From positions 7,085 through 51,253 of the forward strand of contig JBFWZE010000002.1 in the NCBI GenBank assembly GCA_050185685.1: a stretch of DNA of 44,169 nt, read 5' to 3'. Of the stretch, positions 24,574 to 34,585 are shown one piece after another (the stretch's first letter is position 1; every line of letters starts with the position of its first letter). The notes under the pieces are model-generated. The model saw only the letters and a list, made by a program, of their open reading frames with translations, had not been told where the DNA came from and ran no database searches. A program made the position numbers and the translations under genes. The DNA comes from Dehalococcoidia bacterium (GTDB lineage: Bacteria > Chloroflexota > Dehalococcoidia > DSTF01 > WHTK01).

Positions 24574-26495
24574 TGCCCACGATCAACGAGCTGCAGGCAC
24601 AGGCCGCCGACGCAAAACGCCGTATCGAAGCGAAGGACCGCTCCCGTCTCGCCGTCTGCATCGACACCTCGAGCATCGCGGTCGGCGCGATCGAGACGCT
24701 GGAAGCACTGCGAGGCGAGGTCGCCCGCCGCGGTGTCGACGTCGCTGTCGACCAGGTTGGCGGCAACGGCATGTCATTCGCCAACCCGGTGGTCGAGCTG
24801 ACCCGCCCCGACGGCGCACGCATTTACTACCAGCACGTCAAGGCCCAGGACGTCCCCGGCTTCGTCGACGCGCTGGCCGCCGGCAAGGCCAACAACGACT
24901 GGCTGCTCGGCGCGGTGAATGCGCCCGAAGGCGAACGCCTCAAGCCGATGTCTGACTACGGCTGGTGGAAGATTCAGACCCGCCGCCTCATGGAGCACAT
25001 GGGCGTCATCGACCCGGAGAGCCTCGACGATGCGATCGCCCGCGGCGCCTACTCCGGCCTCCAGAAGGCCCTCGGCATGACTCAGGAAGAATTGATCGCC
25101 GAAGTCACCGGCTCTAAGCTCGGCGGCCGCGGCGGCTCCTACTTCCCGACCGGCCGCAAGTGGGACCTGCTGCGCACCTCGCCGACCCAGCCCAAAGCGA
25201 TGGTTTGCAACGCTGACGAGGGTGACGGCGGCGCCTGGGTCAACCGCATGACGCTGGAGTCCGACCCGCACTCGCTGATCGAGGGCATGATGATCGGCGG
25301 CTGGGCGACCGGCGCAGCACGAGGCTACATATACATCCGCGAGGAGTACCCCCTCGCCTTTGAGCGCGTGCAGAAGGCCGTCGACCAGGCAACCGAGCGC
25401 GGCATCCTTGGCACGAACATCCTCGGCAAAGACTTCAGCTTTGAGATCAAAGTCGTGCGCGGCGCCGGCAGCTACGTCTGCGGCGAAGAGTCCGGCCTGA
25501 TCGCCTCGATCGAAGACGGACGCGGCATGCCCAAGATCCGCCCGCCGTTCCCGGCCGGCTCCGGTGTCTTCGGCCAGGGCTCCAACGTCAACAACGTTCA
25601 GAGCTACCACACCGCCGCGTACCTCCTGCGCAATGGCATGGAGAAGTGGGCGGCTGTTGGCACGGAGCGCAACCTCGGCTCGATGATGTTCACGCTTTCG
25701 GGCGCTGTCCAGCGCGTCGGCTGCTTCGAGCTGCCCTTCGGCACCAAAGTCGGCGAAATGTACGAGGTCTGCGGCGGCGGCGCTCCCGAGGGTCACACCT
25801 TCAAGGCGACGCAGGTCGGCGGGCCGCTCACCGGCGTGATGCCGAGGTTCTCGCTCGACCTGCCGATGGAGCCGGAGATCTTCCGCGAGAACAAGATGGG
25901 CACCCTCGGCGGCGGCGGTTTCGTCTTCCTGGACGACACCGACTGCATCGTCGACCTCTGTGCCCACTTCGAGTGGTTCCTCGAGGACGAGTCCTGCGGC
26001 CGCTGCACGACCTGCCACGGCGGTTCGCAGCGCATCACTGAGATCCTGCGACGCATCCAGAAGGGCGGCGGCCGCGAGTCCGACATCGGTAAGTTCCGCC
26101 TCCTCGCCGACACCCTGCGCTACTCCAACTGCGTGCACGGGCAGGCGACGCCGGCGATCATCGTCAACATGCTCGACTGGTTCGCCGACGAGCTCAACGA
26201 CCACATCCACAACAAGCACTGCGCCGCGAAGACCTGCAAGGGCCTCGTCGCCTACGAGATCAACCAGGCTGCGGCATCGGAGCACACCGAGGCGCTGGCG
26301 AAGGCGTATGACTACTGCCCGACCGGGGCGGTGAAGCACATCGAGGGCCAGTACGTCATCGAAGACTCGCTCTGCATTCGCTGCGACGTCTGCCGCCAGC
26401 TTGCTCCCGAGGCGGTGCGCAAGGTCGATGTCTTTGACGCTGCCGCCGGCCCTGCGCCAGAGCTGATCTCAGTCCAGCCCGCCAGCTACGACTAG
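24573..26495 (+). CDS. NuoF-like NAD(H)-binding FMN/[4Fe-4S] flavoprotein with N-terminal thioredoxin-like and C-terminal ferredoxin-like extensions
   Basis: The ATG overlaps the nuoE-like stop (TGATG). It has the FMN site GGRGGSYFPTGRKW, the NADH site CNADEGDGGAW, and the N3 cluster ESCGRCTTCHGG ... NCVHGQATP. The C-terminal tail has CPTGA and CIRCDVCRQLAP. The track ORF start at 24306 is an out-of-context extension. Confidence 0.85.
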   Translation: MPTINELQAQAADAKRRIEAKDRSRLAVCIDTSSIAVGAIETLEALRGEVARRGVDVAVDQVGGNGMSFANPVVELTRPDGARIYYQHVKAQDVPGFVDALAAGKANNDWLLGAVNAPEGERLKPMSDYGWWKIQTRRLMEHMGVIDPESLDDAIARGAYSGLQKALGMTQEELIAEVTGSKLGGRGGSYFPTGRKWDLLRTSPTQPKAMVCNADEGDGGAWVNRMTLESDPHSLIEGMMIGGWATGAARGYIYIREEYPLAFERVQKAVDQATERGILGTNILGKDFSFEIKVVRGAGSYVCGEESGLIASIEDGRGMPKIRPPFPAGSGVFGQGSNVNNVQSYHTAAYLLRNGMEKWAAVGTERNLGSMMFTLSGAVQRVGCFELPFGTKVGEMYEVCGGGAPEGHTFKATQVGGPLTGVMPRFSLDLPMEPEIFRENKMGTLGGGGFVFLDDTDCIVDLCAHFEWFLEDESCGRCTTCHGGSQRITEILRRIQKGGGRESDIGKFRLLADTLRYSNCVHGQATPAIIVNMLDWFADELNDHIHNKHCAAKTCKGLVAYEINQAAASEHTEALAKAYDYCPTGAVKHIEGQYVIEDSLCIRCDVCRQLAPEAVRKVDVFDAAAGPAPELISVQPASYD

Positions 26496-26525
26496 GTCTA
26501 CTTCCACACCACAGGAGGGTTAGAG

Positions 26526-27032
26526 ATGTCATCTCTCGATCCCTCGATCTTCGTCATCCTTGGTAGCACCGGCTGGCGTCTACGGGAGCTGCTGACCGAG
26601 CTGCCCGACGCGACGTTGACAAAGGCGATCGACGATGGCTGGTCGGTGAAGCATGCGCTCGCCCACCTCGTCGACACGGAAGACGTCATCGCCCGCAGGA
26701 TTCGCCGCATCGTGACCGAGGACCACCCGTTAATCGAATCGATCGACCCGACGGCGCGCCTCAAGCAGGGCGGCTACCTGAAACGCGGCCTCGAAGACCT
26801 GCTCGCCGAGTTCGAGATGAACCGCAACTTCGGCCTGACTTTGCTGAAGACGCTCTCGGACGAGAAGCTCGTGCGGCTGGGCACGCACGACGAGGCGGGC
26901 GAGATCAGCGCTGCCGATCACGCCCACCAGTGGGCCTATCACGACCTCATGCACTTGAAGCAGATCGAAGCGATGCTCCAGAAGCAGCTCGAGGCAGGCA
27001 TGGGGAACACGCGCCGCTTCTACGACCTCTGA
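26526..27032 (+). CDS. DinB family (DinB_2-like) four-helix-bundle protein
   Basis: 168 aa with histidines placed as in DinB-type metal sites (KHALAHLVDTED; HQWAYHDLMHLKQIE). Confidence 0.75.
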   Translation: MSSLDPSIFVILGSTGWRLRELLTELPDATLTKAIDDGWSVKHALAHLVDTEDVIARRIRRIVTEDHPLIESIDPTARLKQGGYLKRGLEDLLAEFEMNRNFGLTLLKTLSDEKLVRLGTHDEAGEISAADHAHQWAYHDLMHLKQIEAMLQKQLEAGMGNTRRFYDL

Positions 27033-27457
27033 GGCGCCGTCTGCCGTTCGGGGGCCGCCGCGGGACGAATTATCAGCAATAGCCCGGTGATGACGGCGTC
27101 GAGTGCGAGGAAGCTGATTGCGTCGCCCTCGCCGTAGCCGATGACCTTGACGAGACTCATCGCCAGGCGCAGCGTCGCAAAGCCCAGGGCAGCGCCCCAG
27201 ATCTCGCTGTCGTTGAGACTGAGCTTCGGGGCGGCGGCGATGTAGCCGAGGCTGCCAATGAGGAGCAGCGCGGCCACCAGACCGTCGACGGCACTGATGC
27301 CCGGCTCCGGTTCCACCATCGTGAAGTAGACGACGCCGAACGTCCCGACGAGTCCGACCACGAGCATGAGGGCCTGGGCAGCGCGGGTCTGGAGCGGCAC
27401 ACCGGCCTGCGGACGCGCGACGTGAATGTGGGAGCTGTGGTGAAGTTCGGTAGCCAT
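27020..27457 (-). CDS. hypothetical membrane protein (about 4 TM helices)
   Basis: The ATG at 27457 (MATELHHSSH) is preceded by AAGGAGAA with a 6-nt spacer. It has four hydrophobic segments and good GC3. The 3' end overlaps the DinB gene by 13 nt (convergent). Confidence 0.55.
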   Translation of the reverse strand: MATELHHSSHIHVARPQAGVPLQTRAAQALMLVVGLVGTFGVVYFTMVEPEPGISAVDGLVAALLLIGSLGYIAAAPKLSLNDSEIWGAALGFATLRLAMSLVKVIGYGEGDAISFLALDAVITGLLLIIRPAAAPERQTAPQRS

Positions 27458-27621
27458 GTCAGTTCTCCTTGCTTGAACGAGGACAGCATCGCGCGGCGGC
27501 ACGGCCCGGACATCAGCGCTCGGCCGGACGACGGACTCCTACCTTCGACGTAGGCCTCGGCAGACTGAAATGGCAATCCTCCGGTGGTGATGGCACAATC
27601 AGGCCGCGCCCGGAGGACCCG

Positions 27622-28800
27622 ATGCAGACGCTGCAGAACCTGATCGATTCGCTGAGCCGCCGGCTGAAGTGCGCCGTCTCCCTCGACGACCGGCCGCTGC
27701 AGATGATGTTCCACAGCTGCGTCTACGGCAGGCTCGACGAGGCGCGGATACGCCGGATGCTGGCGCCCGACCGCGGGCCGGAACCTCAGGTGACGGAGTA
27801 CATCCGGTCCTGCGTCCGGCCGGTTGCACCGATCCTCTCGCCGCTTCGCATTCCACCAAACCCGGGTCTGGGCGTGGAATCCCGTCTCTTCATGCCGATC
27901 CGACTGCAAGACGAGCAGCTGGGCACCCTTCTCGTCTTCGATCCGGAATACGCCATCGGTGAAGCTGAGTTGCCGGCGATCATGAAGGCAGCGACAACTG
28001 CAGCGCAAATCATTCGCTACGAGCAGATCCTCTGGGATCCCGACCGCAGCCGCGAACACGACCTGCTCTCCGCGGTCCTCTTCGGCACCAGCGAGACGAG
28101 CGAGCGTGCGGCCCGCGAAGCTCACCGAACCGGCCTCCTCGACCCGGGGCCGGTAGCGGTGCTGGCGGCAACACCCGCTGAGACAGCCGCATCGAACCGG
28201 ACCCTGTCGGACATCTGCGAAGACGTCCGCGCATCTCTGGCGCCGGGGTATGCGCTGCTCGCTGAAAACGCCGGCGAGATCGACCTCCTGGTTTCGACCA
28301 GTGAGCCGAGCATCCAGCGTGATGGCATTCGGGCAGTGGCCGCCCGCATCGCAACGCAGGTCCCGGATGGTATGCGCATCGGGATCGGTCAGGAACGGCT
28401 CGAGATCCATGAGGCGCAGGTGTCGCTGCAGGAGGCACGCCAGGCGCTGCGTGTCGCCGGTCAGTGGTCATTTCCGCCGGTTGTGGCGTGGCAGGACCTC
28501 GGCGCCATGAAGCTGATGCTCCAGGTGCCACAAGCATGGCTGGATGCGAATCCGCTGGTCCCGGAGCTGACCGCTCTCCTTACCTCGCAGCCGGTGCTTT
28601 GCGAAACCCTGGAGAGCTATCTCCGCAATGCCGGTCATGCCCAGAAGACGGCTGCCGAGCTCTTCATTCACCGTGCCACGCTTCACTACCGCCTCAGGAA
28701 GATTGAGGAGTTGTGCCGCTGCAACCTCGACGACGGCGAGGATCGGCTGGCGATGCATATGGCTCTTAAGGCCGCTCTGCTCACCCGCTCCAGCCTCTGA
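27622..28800 (+). CDS. PucR/CdaR family transcriptional regulator
   Basis: The C-terminal PucR-type HTH is TAAELFIHRATLHYRLRKIEEL. The ATG at 27622 is preceded by GGAGGA. The track ORF start at 27469 is unlikely to be real. Confidence 0.8.
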   Translation: MQTLQNLIDSLSRRLKCAVSLDDRPLQMMFHSCVYGRLDEARIRRMLAPDRGPEPQVTEYIRSCVRPVAPILSPLRIPPNPGLGVESRLFMPIRLQDEQLGTLLVFDPEYAIGEAELPAIMKAATTAAQIIRYEQILWDPDRSREHDLLSAVLFGTSETSERAAREAHRTGLLDPGPVAVLAATPAETAASNRTLSDICEDVRASLAPGYALLAENAGEIDLLVSTSEPSIQRDGIRAVAARIATQVPDGMRIGIGQERLEIHEAQVSLQEARQALRVAGQWSFPPVVAWQDLGAMKLMLQVPQAWLDANPLVPELTALLTSQPVLCETLESYLRNAGHAQKTAAELFIHRATLHYRLRKIEELCRCNLDDGEDRLAMHMALKAALLTRSSL

Positions 28801-29000
28801 CGTTCGCGCTACGTCCGGTCGCTTTGGTTCGACATCCGTCGAATTGCTGCGGCCGATCTTCCGCCGCGTGACGATAGTGAGCCGGCGGGTGCCCTCCTAG
28901 ACTACGAGCAATTTCCGGAGAACATCCGGTGCGAGCCGCTCGGGGGAGCAGTTCTGTAACGAGGCGCGGCCCTCGTCCTGCCGTGAAGGGGAGCGAATCA

Positions 29001-30644
29001 ATGGCCAGAGGCTACTGGGAGCGACGCACATATACACGACGGACGGCGCTAGCGATGACAGCTGCCGCCTCAGGGGCCCTCGTCTTCGCTGCAGCCTGCG
29101 GTGGAGACGACGGTGATGACTCCTCCGCTTCGACAGAAGGCAACGGAGAGCAACCGCAGAAGGGCGGGCACTTCGGCTTTTATACGGCACCGTCAGAGAA
29201 CTTCAACGTCGTGTCCAACTACTACGAAGGCACACGCCTGGCCGGAGTTAACGTCTACGACCGGCTGCTGACAACCAGGTTCGACGATCGCCGCTACGTC
29301 CTCGAGGCGGCCGAGAGCGTCGAACAGCCCGACCCAACGACGGTTATCGCGAAGCTGCAGCCGAACCTCGTCTACCAGAACCGCGCTCCGGTTAACGGCC
29401 GCCCCGTCATCACCGAGGACATCGTGGCGGACCAGGCATACGTAAAGCAGCTGGCGAGCGCCTTCAGCCGCTCCTTCCAGGTCGACTTCCTCGAGCGTGC
29501 AGAGGCGACCGACACCCGCACAATCGTCTTTCGCCTCAAGAAGCCGAACCCGTATCTCTTCGGCACGAACCAGCTGGGCAACGCCACCTCGCAGGCAATC
29601 ATTCCGCGCGAGATGCTACCGAACCTCGACACGGCCGAACCGATCGGCAGCGGGCCGTATTACCTCGATGCGGTCCAGCTCAACTCCCGCTACCTCTACA
29701 AGCGCTCTGAGTCCTACCGAGGCGCCGGCAAGAGCCTCCCGTACATCGACGAGCGCGAGGTAATCATGATGACCGATGCTGTCGCCCAGGAGGCGGCGTT
29801 TCGCAGTGGCCAGATCCACGTCTGGATCCCGACGCCGGGCGCCTTTGACCGCGTGGTCAAAGAGATGGGTTCCTCTGTGGTCGTCGAGTCCGCGCCGGGC
29901 CAGGGCGTGTTCGCTTCGTACCTGAACCTGACGCGGACGCCGTGGTCCGACATTCGCGTGAGGGAGGCGATCTACCGTTCGACCGACCGCCAGCAGATCG
30001 TCGACCTCGTCTTCCAGGGTCAGGCTGTGGTGCCGCCGGGTCCGGTGCCCGCCGGCCTGCCCGCGTATCAACTCGACCCCAAGGACACGGCTCAGTACTA
30101 CGCGCTCGACCTGAACAAAGCGAAGCAGCTGCTCTCGGCGGCCAACGTCGACCTCGGCAAGGAGTACGACGTCATCTGCTCGACCTCGAGCGCGACGAAC
30201 CAGCAGGCGGCCGAAGTCTGGGCACAGCAGCTCTCGAAGGTGGGCCTCAAGCTGCGCATCCAGAGCTACCCGTTCGCGGAGTGGATCAAGCGGATCACCA
30301 GCAGCGAATACGATGCGATCATGGGCGGCTCACCCGGCGACGACACGCCGCAGCGGGCACTGCGCCTGCAGCACACGAACTCGCAGGTGCAGCTCAAGTT
30401 CATGGGCCTCAACGACCCCACGATTGACGCACTCATCGAGAAGTCAGAAGAGACATCCGACATCGACGAGAACGTGAAGCTGGTGAAGCAGATCGAACTC
30501 GAGCTCTTGAAGCGCTACGCTGGCGTCAACATGCTGCTTACCCAGCAGGAGAACTGGCTGCGGAGCCCGAAACTGAAGAACTACGACTTCCAGCCGAACC
30601 TCGCCCTGGCCCAGTACCAGACCGAGATGTGGCTCCAGTCGTAG
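29001..30644 (+). CDS. ABC-transporter substrate-binding protein, family 5 (peptide/nickel type), Tat-signal lipoprotein
   Basis: The ATG at 29001 is preceded by AAGGGGAG. It has a twin-arginine motif (YTRRTAL) followed by the lipobox AAAC. The body has SBP_bac_5-like length and motifs (IGSGPYYL). No permease or ATPase genes are adjacent. Confidence 0.8.
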   Translation: MARGYWERRTYTRRTALAMTAAASGALVFAAACGGDDGDDSSASTEGNGEQPQKGGHFGFYTAPSENFNVVSNYYEGTRLAGVNVYDRLLTTRFDDRRYVLEAAESVEQPDPTTVIAKLQPNLVYQNRAPVNGRPVITEDIVADQAYVKQLASAFSRSFQVDFLERAEATDTRTIVFRLKKPNPYLFGTNQLGNATSQAIIPREMLPNLDTAEPIGSGPYYLDAVQLNSRYLYKRSESYRGAGKSLPYIDEREVIMMTDAVAQEAAFRSGQIHVWIPTPGAFDRVVKEMGSSVVVESAPGQGVFASYLNLTRTPWSDIRVREAIYRSTDRQQIVDLVFQGQAVVPPGPVPAGLPAYQLDPKDTAQYYALDLNKAKQLLSAANVDLGKEYDVICSTSSATNQQAAEVWAQQLSKVGLKLRIQSYPFAEWIKRITSSEYDAIMGGSPGDDTPQRALRLQHTNSQVQLKFMGLNDPTIDALIEKSEETSDIDENVKLVKQIELELLKRYAGVNMLLTQQENWLRSPKLKNYDFQPNLALAQYQTEMWLQS

Positions 30645-30666
30645 TCAGATTCCTCACGGGAAGGTT

Positions 30667-31524
30667 GTGACCTTGAAACTTACTCTCCTCGGAACCGGCT
30701 CCCCCAGCCCGAACCCACAGCGGCGCGGCAACGCCCAGGTCATCGAGTCCGGCGGCGAGCTCGTCTTGATCGACTGCGGCGCGACGGCAGTTCACCGCCT
30801 CGTCGAAGCAGGGTATGCGCGGCGGCCGATCAAGCAGGTGGCGATCAGTCACCTGCACAGCGACCACATCACGGGCCTCGCCGACCTGCTCTGGGGCGGC
30901 TGGGTGGGACGCTGGTGGGACAAGCCGCCGGTGATCTCCGGGCCGCCCGGGTCGAAGGAAATGATCGACTACCTGATCAAGGCCTACTCATACGACATCA
31001 ACGTGCGCACGCTGACGCCGGGCGGTGAAGGGCTCCTGAAGGAATGGCTGATCCCCGAGGTCGAGGAGATCGAAGAGGGCTGGACGGCGAGCGGCAGCGA
31101 CTGGCAGCTCACCGCCTTCGAGGTGGACCACGTCCAGGTGAAGGACGCCTTCGGGTTCAGGATGGAGGGCCCCGGCGGCTCGATCGTGATCTCCGGCGAC
31201 ACGCGGCGGTCGGAGAACCTGATCGCGAAGTCACAGAACGTCGACCTGCTGGTGCACGAGGTGATCCGCTTCAAGGATGAGGTGATCACCGATCCTTTCC
31301 TGGCCGCGAGGCGCGAGGCGGTGAACACGTACCACACCGCATCGACCGAGGTCGGCAAGATTGCGACCGCCGCGGCGGCGAAGCAGCTCGTCCTCAGCCA
31401 TCTCGTGATCCGCGAGGGGACGCTCGACGACCTGCGCGGTGACGTTACGCCGGACTACAAGGGACCGCTGACGGTCGGCGAGGACCTGATGAGCTTCGAG
31501 CTGCCGGTAAACCGCAGCTTCTAG
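30667..31524 (+). CDS. MBL-fold metallo-hydrolase (RNase Z / arylsulfatase-like subgroup)
   Basis: 285 aa with LTLLGTGSP, the HxHxDH motif (SHLHSDHITG), and later ISGDT and VHE / SH ligand positions. Confidence 0.8.
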   Translation: MTLKLTLLGTGSPSPNPQRRGNAQVIESGGELVLIDCGATAVHRLVEAGYARRPIKQVAISHLHSDHITGLADLLWGGWVGRWWDKPPVISGPPGSKEMIDYLIKAYSYDINVRTLTPGGEGLLKEWLIPEVEEIEEGWTASGSDWQLTAFEVDHVQVKDAFGFRMEGPGGSIVISGDTRRSENLIAKSQNVDLLVHEVIRFKDEVITDPFLAARREAVNTYHTASTEVGKIATAAAAKQLVLSHLVIREGTLDDLRGDVTPDYKGPLTVGEDLMSFELPVNRSF

Positions 31525-31592
31525 CACCACCGCCTGAGGGCGCCAGGGGCGTCTCCCGTCATGCCGGCCCCATCACGTACGATGAGGCCAGC

Positions 31593-34142
31593 ATGACGAT
31601 GAGCCCCGGCCGACGCCAGTTCCTCGAGATCAAGGCGCGCTACCCCAACACAATCGTTCTCTTCCGCATGGGCGACTTCTACGAGACCTTCGACGATGAC
31701 GCGCGCGTCGTGGCGAAGGAGCTGGAGATCGTCCTGACGGCGCGACAGCACGGCGACGAGAAGATCCCGCTCGCCGGCTTCCCGTACCACGCGCTGAACA
31801 ACCAGCTGCGCCGCCTCGTCGGCCGCGGCTACCGTGTCGCGATCTGTGAGCAAATCGAGGACCCGAAGAAGACGAAGAAGCTGGTGCAGCGCGACGTCGT
31901 CCGCGTCGTGACGCCCGGGACGGTGGTCGAAGAGGACCTGCTGGGCAAGGCGGCAAACAACTACCTGGTCGCCGTCGCCCCGGGGCGAAGCAGTAACGGG
32001 CTCGCCTACGTCGATATCACCACCGGCGAGTTCTGTGCCGCCGAGGCCTCGGACGCCGACCTGACGGTGGAGCTGGCCCGGCTCGCCCCCGCGGAAGTGC
32101 TGCTGCCGGAGGGCCTCGACCTGCCGTCGCCGGTCGAAGCGCCGCTGACGCCGTTCGATGCCCGCCTCTTCCGGCTCGACGACGCGGATGAGCGGCTGCG
32201 AGAGCACTTCAAGGTCGCGTCGATGGAGGGCTACGGGCTTCGCCGCCAATCGCCGGCAACGGCCGCCGCGGGCGCGATCCTGGCGTACCTCGGTGACAAC
32301 CAGAAGGCAGCGCTTGCGAACGTGAAGGACCTCGAGGTCTACAGCCCCGCCCGCTACCTCGTGATCGACGCGAACGCGAGGCGGCATCTCGAGCTGTTCA
32401 CCTCGCTGCGGGACGGGACGAAGAACGGCGCGCTGATCGGGGCGATCGATGCCACCCAGACGGCGATGGGGGCGCGGCTGCTGGCGCGCTGGCTCGGGCA
32501 GCCGCTGCTCGACGTCGCAGAGATCGACGCCCGCCTCGACCGCGTGGAAGCCTACTACAGCGATGGCGTACGCCGTGCGACGACACGCGAGCGGCTCCGG
32601 GACACCTCGGACGTCGAGCGGATCTGCGGCCGGATCACCGCCGGCGCGACTACGCCTCGGGACCTCGCTGCCCTCCGCCGCGCCCTCAACGGCTACCCGG
32701 CCCTGCTGGCCGCCGCCGGCTATGACGAGGGCGCATCAGCCGGGCTACAAACCGCGGCCGAGGCGGCGGCGCTGCTCGACGCCTCGATTGCCGACGAGCC
32801 GGCGGTCGCGGTCGGCGAAGGCGGTGTGATCCGCAGCGGCTTCTCACAGGACCTCGACGAGGCGCGCACCCTGACAGGCGACGTCCGGCGCGCGCTCGCC
32901 GAGCTGGAGGCAGAGGAGAAGGAGCGCACCGGCATCCGCAGCCTGCGCGTCGCCTACAACCGCGTCTTTGGCTACTACCTGGAGGTCAGCAAGGCGAACC
33001 TGGCGATGGTGCCGGACGACTTCCAGCGCAAGCAGACCCTCGTCGGGGCCGAGCGGTTCATCACGCCGCGCCTCAAAGACCTCGAGGACCGCATCCTGGC
33101 GGCACGAGAAGCGATTGGAGAGCTTGAGGCGTCGCTCTTCCGGCAGGTGTGTGCCCAGCTCGCTGCATCAGCGGACGGGTTGAAGGCGGTGGCCCAGACG
33201 ATCGCTGAAATCGACGTCTACAGCGCCCTCGCCGAGACGGCGGCGAAGAGCGGTTACGTGCGGCCCGTGCTGGACGAAGGCACCAGCCTGGAGATCCACG
33301 ACGGGCGCCATCCGGTGGTCGAGCGCAACCTCGGTGACGGACGCTTCGTCCCCAATGACACCGTGCTGGACAGCGCTGATGCCCAGATCGTCGTGCTCAC
33401 AGGCCCGAACATGGCGGGCAAGTCGACGTATCTGCGCCAGGTCGCTCTGATCACGCTGCTCGCCCAGATCGGCAGCTTTGTGCCGGCGTCGAGCGCGCGC
33501 GTCGGCATCGTCGATCGCGTCTTCACGCGCATCGGCGCCCAGGACGACCTCTCGCGCGGCGAATCGACGTTCATGGTTGAGATGCTGGAGACGGCAGCGA
33601 TCCTGCGGGGCGCCACCGACCGCTCCCTCGTCCTCTTCGATGAGGTCGGAAGAGGGACAAGCACCTATGACGGCCTCGCGATCGCCCGCGCCGTCGTCGA
33701 ATACCTGCACTCGCGGCCGGAGCGTGCCGCCAAGACGCTGTTCGCCACGCACTACCACGAGCTGACCCAGCTCGCCTCGATGCTGCCGCGCGTGCGCAAC
33801 TACAGCGTCGCGGTGAGCGAGACGGACGGGCAGGTCGTCTTCCTCCATCGCATTGTCGAAGGCGGCGCCGACCGCAGCTATGGCATCCACGTCGCGGAGC
33901 TTGCGGGAATGCCCGCGCCGATCGTTGCACGCGCGCGGGAGGTCCTCGCATCGCTCGAGGACGGCGCGCGCAGCGGTAAGACAGCGCGAAGGGCGGAGCC
34001 GACCCCCCAGCTCGCGATGCCGCTCTTCGTGCCGCGCTCAGCGGTCGAGGAGGAGCTGGAGGCAATCGATCCGGACGCGCTGACGCCGCGTGAGGCGCTG
34101 AGCAAGCTCTACGAGCTGAAGACGAAGCTCAAGGGCAGCTGA
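31593..34142 (+). CDS. mutS: DNA mismatch repair protein MutS
   Basis: 849 aa. The N-terminal mismatch-binding domain has GDFYE.F and the Walker A is TGPNMAGKSTYLRQ; it also has DE.GRGTSTYDG and HYHEL. Confidence 0.95.
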   Translation: MTMSPGRRQFLEIKARYPNTIVLFRMGDFYETFDDDARVVAKELEIVLTARQHGDEKIPLAGFPYHALNNQLRRLVGRGYRVAICEQIEDPKKTKKLVQRDVVRVVTPGTVVEEDLLGKAANNYLVAVAPGRSSNGLAYVDITTGEFCAAEASDADLTVELARLAPAEVLLPEGLDLPSPVEAPLTPFDARLFRLDDADERLREHFKVASMEGYGLRRQSPATAAAGAILAYLGDNQKAALANVKDLEVYSPARYLVIDANARRHLELFTSLRDGTKNGALIGAIDATQTAMGARLLARWLGQPLLDVAEIDARLDRVEAYYSDGVRRATTRERLRDTSDVERICGRITAGATTPRDLAALRRALNGYPALLAAAGYDEGASAGLQTAAEAAALLDASIADEPAVAVGEGGVIRSGFSQDLDEARTLTGDVRRALAELEAEEKERTGIRSLRVAYNRVFGYYLEVSKANLAMVPDDFQRKQTLVGAERFITPRLKDLEDRILAAREAIGELEASLFRQVCAQLAASADGLKAVAQTIAEIDVYSALAETAAKSGYVRPVLDEGTSLEIHDGRHPVVERNLGDGRFVPNDTVLDSADAQIVVLTGPNMAGKSTYLRQVALITLLAQIGSFVPASSARVGIVDRVFTRIGAQDDLSRGESTFMVEMLETAAILRGATDRSLVLFDEVGRGTSTYDGLAIARAVVEYLHSRPERAAKTLFATHYHELTQLASMLPRVRNYSVAVSETDGQVVFLHRIVEGGADRSYGIHVAELAGMPAPIVARAREVLASLEDGARSGKTARRAEPTPQLAMPLFVPRSAVEEELEAIDPDALTPREALSKLYELKTKLKGS

Positions 34143-34585
34143 TGGGTCGCATCGTCAGCCTCTTCGGCCGCGAGAACGAGTCCGCGGTGCTCAGCCTGCT
34201 CGAAGCTTCAATCGCCGCTCGTCTCGTCCAGAGCACGCCGGCGGAAGCTGCCACGCAGTACGCCACGAATGAGCTCTACGGCCTGTGGGCGTTCGAGGAA
34301 GACGGGGAGATTCTCGGGCTCGCCGGTATCGAGTGGAGCGAGGAGGGGCGGATCCGGCTGATCGACCTCGCCGTCCGCCCGGCAAGTCGGCGGCAGGGGG
34401 TTGGCCGTGAGCTGATGCGCCACCTGCGGGACACACTGGACCCGCGCGCAATCGCCGGCGTCAGCCTCGCTGCGAGCCTGCCGTTCTTCGAGGCAACGGG
34501 ATTCAGGACGGAGGCGTTTGGCGAGTTGCCCACCGGTGAGACGCGCTATCGCTTCCTCTGGTCGCGGCGGCAGTCAGGGCTCTAG
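34142..34585 (+). CDS. GNAT family N-acetyltransferase
   Basis: 147 aa with the acetyl-CoA motif A, LAVRPASRRQGVGRELM. The ATG overlaps the mutS stop (TGATG). Confidence 0.75.
   Translation: MGRIVSLFGRENESAVLSLLEASIAARLVQSTPAEAATQYATNELYGLWAFEEDGEILGLAGIEWSEEGRIRLIDLAVRPASRRQGVGRELMRHLRDTLDPRAIAGVSLAASLPFFEATGFRTEAFGELPTGETRYRFLWSRRQSGL

Noticed and set aside
28826-28837. A GGTTCGACATCC string resembling a tRNA T-arm.
   Set aside because: I could not build an acceptor stem, anticodon arm or D-arm around it, and the T-loop deviates from GGTTCGAATCC.
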